From sequence record NC_028901.1: a DNA stretch of 43,900 bases; one strand, 5' to 3'. This document shows positions 26,696 through 34,012 of this stretch, in pieces. This stretch comes from Escherichia phage slur05. A model generated the notes under the pieces. It had not been told where the DNA came from and did not search any database. It worked only from the letters and a program-made list of their open reading frames with translations. Position numbers and translations under genes: made by a program. How positions within the stretch are numbered: the first letter of the stretch is position 1; every line of letters begins with the position of its first letter.

Positions 26696-28081
26696 TTAGT
26701 AGAAGTCTACAGTTGGAACAACGGCGATTGGGCGAATCACTGGGAACAGGTGCGCAATTGGATAGCCCGCGGCATCGTTCATGTGGTCCACACCGGCGGT
26801 TTTATCCGGCTCGCCTTTCTTCAGGTCGTAAACCTGCTGTTCCAGACATTTCGCTAGTGTAGGGCATTTATCCAGGTTGACAAAATACTGGCGCACACCC
26901 TTCGAGTTGCACATCATAGTATTCATCGCGATCAATCGGTCTTTCACAGGTGGGTTAACACTGTCGTATTCCACCTCGAAGCCCGCGTCTTCCAGTTGTG
27001 CGATATCTGACGACGATGCGTTAACAGTCTTGCGAGACTTGCCGCTGCTATCCGGGTAAACGACAACACGACCGGCAGCACAATGATCGGGGTAGCGCTC
27101 CTCGATCGCCTCAATCATAGCCGGGGTATCAAACAGGTCCACAAATTCATCCACTGCGTGGATCTCGTCGCGGAACTCCTTGTTTTCGGTGATGCGCTGC
27201 CGTCTGACGTACACGACCGCCGCCATCTTCGTGACGTTAAAGTCCATGCCGATAATCAGCGTGTCTTCCGGCTGCACTTCTTCGGTGCTGGCGTTCTCCT
27301 CCCGGTTGAACATCTTGTACACCGCGCCCGACGTAAGGTTGACAAACAGGCCGTTCAAGTACGCATCAATCAGGTTAGCCGGGTATTGGCTGCGCAGCGT
27401 GTCGATAAAGTCTGCCGGTAAGTGGTGGTTATCGGTGGTCTTCGCCCGGATCAAACGCTTCTGGCTATCCTTCTCCACTTCGAAAATTTGATACATCGCC
27501 CGGTAGCCTTCAGGCGTTGACACGATGACGAACTGGCGGACGAAGCCAGCACGCAGACGACCGAGCAATTTGTGATATGCCGCCAGCGCGACGTCTTGCT
27601 TCGTGGTATCGAACTCGTCGGCAACAATCCACGCGGCATTAACCCCGATCAGGCGGGTATAGTTCTCCATTGACTCACAGATAACGCGGGTCCATTTGCC
27701 TTTCACAAGCACGTTATAGATCTTGTCCTGCTTATTGAACTTCCACCGGAAGCCCGCCTCGTCGAATGCCTTTTCCAATTCCGGATACATGATTTTAACC
27801 AGGAGGGGAATCGTCGGTTCTGTTACGATGCCATCATGACCGGGGTTAAGTGTCAGAAGCTGGATTACCTTACGGGCTGCGACCCACGACTTCCCACCAC
27901 CGAAGCCGGAACACAGGCCGAGGATTTTAGTCTTCGTGTCACGCAGCAGTTCGACCTGGTGCGGAAGGCAATCTGGCTGGTAAAGGCGGACGGCCTGCGC
28001 AACGCGTGTCGGGCGTGGCGGTCGGTTACGCTTTGCGATCGCGCGTTCCAGTGCGCGGTGTTCTGCCGCATAGTTACGCAT
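26696..28081 (-). CDS. Terminase large subunit
   Basis: Walker A-like LGLCSGFGGGKS, Walker B-like IVADEFD, C-terminal nuclease-like Asp motifs; start overlaps the small-subunit stop. Confidence 0.8.
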   Translation of the reverse strand: MRNYAAEHRALERAIAKRNRPPRPTRVAQAVRLYQPDCLPHQVELLRDTKTKILGLCSGFGGGKSWVAARKVIQLLTLNPGHDGIVTEPTIPLLVKIMYPELEKAFDEAGFRWKFNKQDKIYNVLVKGKWTRVICESMENYTRLIGVNAAWIVADEFDTTKQDVALAAYHKLLGRLRAGFVRQFVIVSTPEGYRAMYQIFEVEKDSQKRLIRAKTTDNHHLPADFIDTLRSQYPANLIDAYLNGLFVNLTSGAVYKMFNREENASTEEVQPEDTLIIGMDFNVTKMAAVVYVRRQRITENKEFRDEIHAVDEFVDLFDTPAMIEAIEERYPDHCAAGRVVVYPDSSGKSRKTVNASSSDIAQLEDAGFEVEYDSVNPPVKDRLIAMNTMMCNSKGVRQYFVNLDKCPTLAKCLEQQVYDLKKGEPDKTAGVDHMNDAAGYPIAHLFPVIRPIAVVPTVDFY

Positions 28082-28653
28082 TATTCACCCTGACCTTTGC
28101 CGGAAGGTTCGACAACTACGTCGCCGTTATCATCTTCGTCGTCATCCAGCGGTACATCGTCGCGGACGCCGTGGTTTGCTTTAAGCAGGAACGTAGCGAA
28201 GCCCGCCGCGATGGTTACGCCGCCAGCTTCCATCAGGAAAGTTTTCTGCAACTCCATTGCGTCCGCCATCGCCTCGGCAAACTCCTCATGCGCACGCGCC
28301 CAGCGATACAAGCAAGCTACACCCACGCCGATTTCAGCGGCAAATCGGCCGAAGGTTGGCATTTTGTTCCGGGGGATTACTTGCGCAGCGCCTTTATCGG
28401 AGTAGTTGACCTGCCATGCGTCGGCGTCGGCAAAATAGCGGCGAAGCTGGTCGCAGTAAACGGATCGGTAGTCAGTAGGGCGTCCACATTTGCCGCCTTT
28501 ACGGCGCTTTCCGTACTCGATTTCAGGTCCGAGATTGGTGTGCTCGGTTTGCTCGCCTGGTTTACGGCGCGGGGTAACTGCTACTCGTCCGTCCAGTTTA
28601 GCGCGACGGCCTTTAACTTTAATTTCTGCCATGATATAAGCCCTTTTGTGCAT
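28081..28653 (-). CDS. Terminase small subunit
   Basis: Terminase_2-like signature (PTDYRSVYCDQLRRY...FAAEIGVGVACLYRWARAHEEF) and acidic C-terminus; directly upstream of the large subunit. Confidence 0.6.
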   Translation of the reverse strand: MHKRAYIMAEIKVKGRRAKLDGRVAVTPRRKPGEQTEHTNLGPEIEYGKRRKGGKCGRPTDYRSVYCDQLRRYFADADAWQVNYSDKGAAQVIPRNKMPTFGRFAAEIGVGVACLYRWARAHEEFAEAMADAMELQKTFLMEAGGVTIAAGFATFLLKANHGVRDDVPLDDDEDDNGDVVVEPSGKGQGE

Positions 28654-28714
28654 ATGCGCCGACCATCGGCAACATAAGAGACGGCCCTGCCATCTAAGGG
28701 GATTATAACAGGCA

Positions 28715-28740
28715 CAAAAAAGCCCACCAAATCGGTGGGC
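28715..28740 (-). terminator. Rho-independent terminator upstream of the terminase genes
   Basis: Stem GCCCACC/GGTGGGC, loop AAATC, T6 tract on the minus strand. Confidence 0.6.
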
Positions 28741-28749
28741 CTCTGTGGT

Positions 28750-28962
28750 TTAAACGTCGCGCCCGTAGTATCGGGTTAACATGCTTTGTACTTCTCTTAT
28801 CGCGCCTTCTGTGTAGCGTATTTGCGACAGTATTTCGATCCTCTCGTCCATCGACATTCCGACTGCCGCTGCCGTTCGTTCAAATCGGCGCAAGCCTTCG
28901 AGTTGCTTGCGTAGTTCTTTCAGGCGGGTGGCCTGCGTGCTCATGAATACTTGTCTGATCAT
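28750..28962 (-). CDS. Hypothetical small protein (70 aa)
   Basis: ORF overlapping the end of the upstream gene (ATGA-type), followed by terminator 28715-28740. Confidence 0.35.
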   Translation of the reverse strand: MIRQVFMSTQATRLKELRKQLEGLRRFERTAAAVGMSMDERIEILSQIRYTEGAIREVQSMLTRYYGRDV

Positions 28963-30101
28963 TTCAACATTTCCGGGCTAATGGTTAAGCGCGCTACTTC
29001 GCCGTAGTTGGCGCTATAGGTTATCACGTTTGCACTGCGTCCGCTCATCCAACCGCCTCGGCTGGCGTAGGCATCCTTCGCGGCAAGCGTGCGGTGCTGT
29101 TCAACAATCATGTTGCGCGATTCGACAATCTTCTGGTGGTGCAGGTGTCCTACGTGCGCATAGCTGTACTGGCTGGACCCGAACGCCTCACGAAATTTCG
29201 AAATCATGACCGGCTCGATAGCGTCAAATCGCGCTTTGTGCCCGTGGTGGAAAAATAGTGTGGTCTTACCGTGCTGCACCATTTTGTAGACGTCCGGGGA
29301 CGTATCCACATCGACGCGCGGCTCGTTCTCGTACAGCGTGTTGAACATCTCAGCAAGCCAAATCATGCCTGACTCGTCATGATTACCCTGGACGATTAGC
29401 AGTTTGACTTTGTGGTGTTTTTGCAGCGCCAGGTCTACCACGTTGCGCACCATGCGGATCATGTAGCGGACTAACTTCTGGTATCGGGTGTCGGCGTCCA
29501 ATACGTGACCGCTTGCCGGTGTGACGGCATCAAGGCTATCAAAGTGCGCCATATCGCCGAGGATATTGATCACGGCAGTGCCTGCGTCCGGTGCGCGGGC
29601 GAAGGCTTCGACAAACCAGCGGTAGAACAGGTCTTCGGCGATCGCCATATCCCAATCTTCGCCAGTCTCCTCGCCCCATGCCAGCATACCCAGGTGGAAG
29701 TCGGACACGGTGTACAGGTTGAGCAAGTCTAGCGCCTGGATCGGTACTGGCGGGGCGTTTACTGGCGCTGCCGGTGTGATTTCGCTGTTCATACCCTCGA
29801 CAACAGCGCGCATAGCTTCGAGTTGGCGCTCCTTGTCCTGCTCAGTGATGACCCACGACATGACCTCTTCGCCATTACCGCGCACCAGGGCCGATACGCG
29901 CTTAACCCCAAAGCCATCGGCAACGCGCTTACGGATCACGGCATAATTGCCATGACCAATCCCCTTTTTCGACAGGCGGGCTTTGCGCATATAGACATTT
30001 CGAAGTGCAATGCCGTATTTCTTCGCAATCTCTTTAACCGTAGTCCCTGCCTGAATTTCTGTGATCAATTGCTCATCGGTAATTTTAGTTTGCGGGTGCA
30101 T
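28959..30101 (-). CDS. HTH domain fused to calcineurin-like metallophosphoesterase
   Basis: N-terminal HTH-like segment (TVKEIAKKYGIALRNVYMRKARL); phosphoesterase motifs GDMAHFD (GDxxH-like), GNHDESG (GNHD/E) and GHLHH. Confidence 0.55.
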   Translation of the reverse strand: MHPQTKITDEQLITEIQAGTTVKEIAKKYGIALRNVYMRKARLSKKGIGHGNYAVIRKRVADGFGVKRVSALVRGNGEEVMSWVITEQDKERQLEAMRAVVEGMNSEITPAAPVNAPPVPIQALDLLNLYTVSDFHLGMLAWGEETGEDWDMAIAEDLFYRWFVEAFARAPDAGTAVINILGDMAHFDSLDAVTPASGHVLDADTRYQKLVRYMIRMVRNVVDLALQKHHKVKLLIVQGNHDESGMIWLAEMFNTLYENEPRVDVDTSPDVYKMVQHGKTTLFFHHGHKARFDAIEPVMISKFREAFGSSQYSYAHVGHLHHQKIVESRNMIVEQHRTLAAKDAYASRGGWMSGRSANVITYSANYGEVARLTISPEMLK

Positions 30102-30124
30102 ATTTAATTAATTCCTGATTAGTT

Positions 30125-30148
30125 GACCGTGGACAATATACCACGGTC
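30125..30148. promoter_or_regulatory. Inverted repeat GACCGTGG-N8-CCACGGTC upstream of the HTH-phosphoesterase gene
   Basis: Perfect 8 bp arms, 8 nt spacer, ~25 bp upstream of start 30101; no flanking T-tract, so operator-like rather than terminator-like. Confidence 0.35.
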
Positions 30149-30304
30149 CATATGGCGGCGGGCTATATCAATTCGCAAATAACCATGCCGATGAAAGCTG
30201 CGGTGGTCCAGATTGCCAATACCCAAATATCTTTACGTGCCATCTTGATTACTCCTCTCGTTGGTTGGTTGCAGTATGGCCCCTATGTTGGTTGCGAGTC
30301 AAGC

Positions 30305-30333
30305 AATAAAAAGCCCGGTATTATCCGGGCTTG
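30305..30333 (-). terminator. Rho-independent terminator at the end of the lysis cassette
   Basis: Stem AGCCCGG/CCGGGCT, loop TATTAT, T5 tract on the minus strand. Confidence 0.6.
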
Positions 30334-30338
30334 ATTGT

Positions 30339-30506
30339 TTACGCTGCGGGGCCGGGTTCTTCCGGCGGTGGTGGGCTTGGCAGCTTCGCATCAAAGACCC
30401 CCGCGTGGTTGATAGAGTCCGCGATGATAGCGCGTGCGCCTGGGTCTTCGGTTTTAGCCAGTGCGGCAAGCGCGTCCGCATTATGATCAAGAATACTTTT
30501 TAACAT
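30339..30506 (-). CDS. Hypothetical small protein (55 aa) downstream of endolysin
   Basis: ATG 30506 after a GAGGGGA SD; MLKSILDHNADALAALAKTEDPG...PPPPEEPGPAA; followed by terminator 30305-30333. The longer overlapping ORF (30339-30743) is rejected. Confidence 0.4.
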   Translation of the reverse strand: MLKSILDHNADALAALAKTEDPGARAIIADSINHAGVFDAKLPSPPPPEEPGPAA

Positions 30507-30522
30507 ATCGTGTCCCCTCGTA

Positions 30523-31014
30523 TTATGCAGCGTTACGACCGATTCGTTCGGCAACGTCCCACTGCTTACCATCAAACAACGCCTGTCTGCCGATTGCACG
30601 GCGTACCAGACCCTTAAGCACTTCGCCGCCTTGCTTGCGGAACTGCGGCAGCGTAGCACGGACCTTCGCCCAGTCGCCCAAGCGCACCGCGTCGTCGAAG
30701 TCATTGGCAATATGGTCCGGTACGATCGGACCTTGACCTGCATTGATAACCAGGTCCACCAGCGCGTCGAATTGCGCCTGGTTAATGCTATTATGCGCGT
30801 ATTTGTTCACCCAGTCCTCAGCATACGCCACATCGCGCTTAAGTAGCTCCAGCGCTTCCGCGCGGGTAATGCTTCGAGGCGGGTTAGTGCCAGTGTGACC
30901 ATAACCCCAGGTGTACAGGCCGCGGGCCTGCTCTTTCTTAGTCGCGAAATACGGCACCGGGCTAAACGTCTCCCATGCTGCCGTAAATCGTAGACCGTTG
31001 TCACTGAATCGCAT
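30523..31014 (-). CDS. Endolysin (GH24-type lysozyme)
   Basis: 163 aa; GLYTWGYGHTG and the general layout resemble phage lysozymes; adjacent to membrane (holin-like) ORFs. Confidence 0.65.
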   Translation of the reverse strand: MRFSDNGLRFTAAWETFSPVPYFATKKEQARGLYTWGYGHTGTNPPRSITRAEALELLKRDVAYAEDWVNKYAHNSINQAQFDALVDLVINAGQGPIVPDHIANDFDDAVRLGDWAKVRATLPQFRKQGGEVLKGLVRRAIGRQALFDGKQWDVAERIGRNAA

Positions 31015-31246
31015 GTTTTACCCCATTCAAAACAGCATTACGCAGCGTGCGCAATGCAAACAGCCAGATTAACGCGGTCCAGGTGGTGTCAGATACGTCT
31101 CCTGTTTGCAACAATCCGATAACGCAGATCATCGCCGTTAGCAGATATAGCACCCGGCCTAAAATGCCATCCTGGACGGACGGCGCATACACGTTAAACA
31201 GGGACGAAGCCCCGATGATAACAAACAACAGGACGGAGATAATCAT
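31001..31246 (-). CDS. Holin-like small membrane protein
   Basis: Probable start at MIISVLLFVIIG...; 2-3 predicted transmembrane segments; overlaps the endolysin start. Confidence 0.45.
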   Translation of the reverse strand: MIISVLLFVIIGASSLFNVYAPSVQDGILGRVLYLLTAMICVIGLLQTGDVSDTTWTALIWLFALRTLRNAVLNGVKHAIQ

Positions 31247-31532
31247 TTTGCGCCCCCGGAAGTCGGAACGACTCAATAGTCTCCCTGATCCGGGCGGCTA
31301 TTGGCATCCAGAAGATTGCAGTTACGAACCCCAAACCGGCGACAGTGCGCTCACCAGATAAGCCCGCCCACTCGGCAATCGCTGGAGCGCCAAAAACGGC
31401 ACACAAGAAGCCGACCACGATATATAACACGAAGTTTAGCGGCCCTTTCGTAGCCTCGCCATGAATGCGTGCGCCTACGAAGCCGCCAGCCAGACATGCG
31501 AGGGCGAATAACCACTCGTTTAGCTTATCCAT
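31194..31532 (-). CDS. Membrane protein (holin or antiholin candidate)
   Basis: 112 aa with ~3 hydrophobic segments; in the lysis cassette. Confidence 0.45.
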   Translation of the reverse strand: MDKLNEWLFALACLAGGFVGARIHGEATKGPLNFVLYIVVGFLCAVFGAPAIAEWAGLSGERTVAGLGFVTAIFWMPIAARIRETIESFRLPGAQNDYLRPVVCYHRGFVPV

Positions 31533-31584
31533 AAAAAAGTCCCAGTAAGTTTTATCTCACTGGGACTATATCACGCTTGCATAA

Positions 31585-31884
31585 TTAATCGAAAATGGAC
31601 CACTTGCCGACGCCTTTCCACTCCCATCCACTCGACCGGACGGCCTCGAATGTTCGCCCGCCTATCATATCCCGATACCACAGCCACCACATGCGCAACC
31701 TGGTCGGGTGCTCCGTGATCCCGCGGCGCTTGTATACCTCGAACGTCATGCGGGTAATACTGGCGGCTTCCACTGCAGGCCATACGACGAACATCAGGAT
31801 GCCCAACAGCACCGCGGTAAGCAGGCATAGCCCGCAGATCAAACCAAACCAATAAATCACATCATGAATCATAATCTGCCCCAT
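31585..31884 (-). CDS. Membrane protein with N-terminal transmembrane anchor
   Basis: 99 aa; hydrophobic N-terminus (VIYWFGLICGLCLLTAVLLGILMFVVW) then a Trp/Arg-rich soluble domain. Confidence 0.4.
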   Translation of the reverse strand: MGQIMIHDVIYWFGLICGLCLLTAVLLGILMFVVWPAVEAASITRMTFEVYKRRGITEHPTRLRMWWLWYRDMIGGRTFEAVRSSGWEWKGVGKWSIFD

Positions 31885-32091
31885 AGGTATTTAACCAGAC
31901 TAATAACCGACGCCAACAGCACCAGGGCCGCCAGACTACCGCCACATACTACCGCGAAGACGTATAGCATCGAATTGCCCCTTCCGGTTTGCCAATATGG
32001 CGCGCCCATGCACGCGCCACGAAGTAATTGCGAAACACCCGACCGCCTATCTCAAAGCGGTTGTGCATGAGCATATCACGGATAGACGCAC

Positions 32092-32664
32092 TCATTTCAT
32101 AATCACCGAGCGCGGGTCGATGGCCTTCATGCTGCCGTCTGGTTCGACACGGATAAATCCCACACCGTATTCCCGCGCCTGGCGCTGTGCATTCGTCACG
32201 GCATCAAAGCGATTGACTATCTCACGCGTGGCCTGGCGGATCGGCTCCATCACTTTGCTCGCGTCGTAAGTGGCATACGCGGGCTGCGACTTGCGGAACT
32301 CAACGCGCTCATGAGGCTGGCGGTCGCGCAGGCTGTACTTGCGCCCCACTCGCTCGTAGTTGATTAGCCCAAAGTACGTCATACCCCTCTGTATGTTACC
32401 CACTACGCCATCCTTGCGGGATTGCATACGCAGGCCATGACGGCCGACATACTCGACGACCCACAATCCGCCGTCGCGAATATCACGCAGCACATCGCCG
32501 CGCTCGATATCGTGAGTTAGTACGTCGAAGTTTTCCGGCAGCGTGTATTTCTTTGCCCACCACACCCGACCGCCAGCCGCGTTTTGTAAGCGGACGTGGG
32601 AATCCAGGGTTTGGATCGGCTTCAGGATACGGCCATCGTGCTTACGGCGGAATAGTAATTTCAT
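32092..32664 (-). CDS. Hypothetical protein (190 aa)
   Basis: Long ORF with consistent coding appearance; no recognisable motif. Confidence 0.45.
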   Translation of the reverse strand: MKLLFRRKHDGRILKPIQTLDSHVRLQNAAGGRVWWAKKYTLPENFDVLTHDIERGDVLRDIRDGGLWVVEYVGRHGLRMQSRKDGVVGNIQRGMTYFGLINYERVGRKYSLRDRQPHERVEFRKSQPAYATYDASKVMEPIRQATREIVNRFDAVTNAQRQAREYGVGFIRVEPDGSMKAIDPRSVIMK

Positions 32665-32736
32665 TGTTCTGTCTCCTTAAAGTTTAACCGTGCTGCGGGG
32701 AAGTTTAATGTTTTGCTAATCGATGCTTTCATAATC

Positions 32737-32991
32737 TTACTTTCTGTACCTGTACATGTTGTCGCCGTCTGCGGCTAGTGGGGACTCTTTCGCCCATACA
32801 GGCACGCCGCACATCAGCGCGCAAAGTTCCTCGGTAGTGTAGTCGTCGACCTCATCAAGCTCGTCGGCTGTAAGGTTGTCGCCGTCGCATACCGTAGCGA
32901 TGCCGTAATGGGTGTAGTCGTCATAGCAGGATACGAGGTCGATAAACTCCTGCGAATACCCTGCCATTAGCGTTATTTGCATTGGCGTCAT
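32737..32991 (-). CDS. Small protein paralogous to the DNA polymerase C-terminus
   Basis: Last ~36 aa (DDYTTEELCALMCGVPVWAKESPLAADGDNMYRYRK) nearly identical to the polymerase C-terminus; upstream LVSCYDD aligns to polymerase motif C LSVHDE with catalytic residues changed. Confidence 0.5.
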   Translation of the reverse strand: MTPMQITLMAGYSQEFIDLVSCYDDYTHYGIATVCDGDNLTADELDEVDDYTTEELCALMCGVPVWAKESPLAADGDNMYRYRK

Positions 32992-33151
32992 TTGCTCAGT
33001 CTCCAGTGTTTGCCTACCCGCTCAACGGCGGGCTTCCGGCGTAATGTAATACGAATTCCCATTGGTTGCAAGGAAGTCCGCACCCTGAAATCGTGTTGCG
33101 CTGCGAACTGGTGCAAGTAGCGAGTCTGCGTCAACGGCTCATTTTGGCCCC

Positions 33152-33478
33152 TTATTTCGCAAGCTGGGCGAATAGTTCACGCTGGGCTTTAATCCGGGCG
33201 ACGTTTGTCACTGCCGTCTCGCCGATCCCGAAGCGATACGCAAGGCGCTCACGGGCAAATGCAAGCGCGTAGTCCTGGATTGCGTTCGCCAGTGGCTGGA
33301 TCTCCGCCATCGTGTCGAAGCGGCGCTCCAGCATACAAGCGATGGCCTGCTGCGTGACGCGAACAACGGACCACGCTGCCGATAGTCTTTCGACCGCTTC
33401 CGCTCCTTCACCGGCGAACTCCGCCGCTTCTTGTGCCGCCGCCATAGCCATTGCGTAATTCCAGATAATCGCTTTCAT
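33152..33478 (-). CDS. Hypothetical protein (108 aa)
   Basis: Ala-rich helical ORF, first gene downstream of the 33.5-34.0 kb regulatory region. Confidence 0.4.
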   Translation of the reverse strand: MKAIIWNYAMAMAAAQEAAEFAGEGAEAVERLSAAWSVVRVTQQAIACMLERRFDTMAEIQPLANAIQDYALAFARERLAYRFGIGETAVTNVARIKAQRELFAQLAK

Positions 33479-33699
33479 TGTTCAGTCCTCATGTTGGGGT
33501 GCAACCAATATAGCAAGGTGCCAGGCGGAACGCAACCAATATTAATCACGCGCATGAAAAAGTTGATCGCTATCTGCTGTGACTGCAAACCGCATTTTTC
33601 ACTTCGCATAATGCAACTCGCATTGGTTGCCTAGTTCATCCGCGACCGCACTTCGCATCATGCTGCCGTGTATTTTGCAATCCCCGGATTTTATTCAGT

Positions 33700-33870
33700 C
33701 TCAGACGAGGGGGGCCGCTGACCCCCGTCTAGTCTGAAAGACTGGGGGTTGTCCCGCCTGTCCCGCTCCTCTCCAGGCCGCGCCATACGGGGCGGGACGG
33801 GGGTGCTGTCCCGCTTTGTCCCGCCCCTTGTTTGTCCCGCTTTCTGTCCCGCTTACTTTATGCAATAAAA
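33700..33870. repeat. Structured non-coding repeat element, copy B
   Basis: Same hairpin and GTCCCGC iteron series as copy A, with inverted GGGAC...GTCCC pairs; lies in the 533 bp non-coding region beside the primase-helicase gene. Confidence 0.8.
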
Positions 33871-33973
33871 CTGCATAACTATTCATTATATTTACACTAC
33901 ACGGCAACCAATACGACCCGATAAAAACACTCAAAATGGCAACCAATGCGCGCAAAATTTAACCTTTTAGCGA

Positions 33974-33989
33974 TATGGGAATTCCCATA
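33974..33989. promoter_or_regulatory. Perfect 16 bp palindrome TATGGGAATTCCCATA flanked by direct repeats
   Basis: Self-complementary 16-mer; GGCAACCAATGCGCGCA occurs on both sides (33938-33954 and 33992-34008); just 3' of the primase-helicase gene. Confidence 0.5.
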
Positions 33990-34012
33990 CCGGCAACCAA
34001 TGCGCGCAGGAT

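Noticed and set aside
30339-30743. 134 aa minus-strand ORF overlapping the endolysin gene
   Set aside because: Its first ~220 bp lie inside the endolysin gene in another frame; only the 3' 55 codons, with their own SD and ATG at 30506, are plausible.
33066-33272. 68 aa plus-strand ORF antisense to gene 33152-33478, downstream of an ATTGGTTGCA motif
   Set aside because: No RBS and an Arg/Ser-rich low-complexity product; the motif may drive an antisense transcript, but a protein is not supported.
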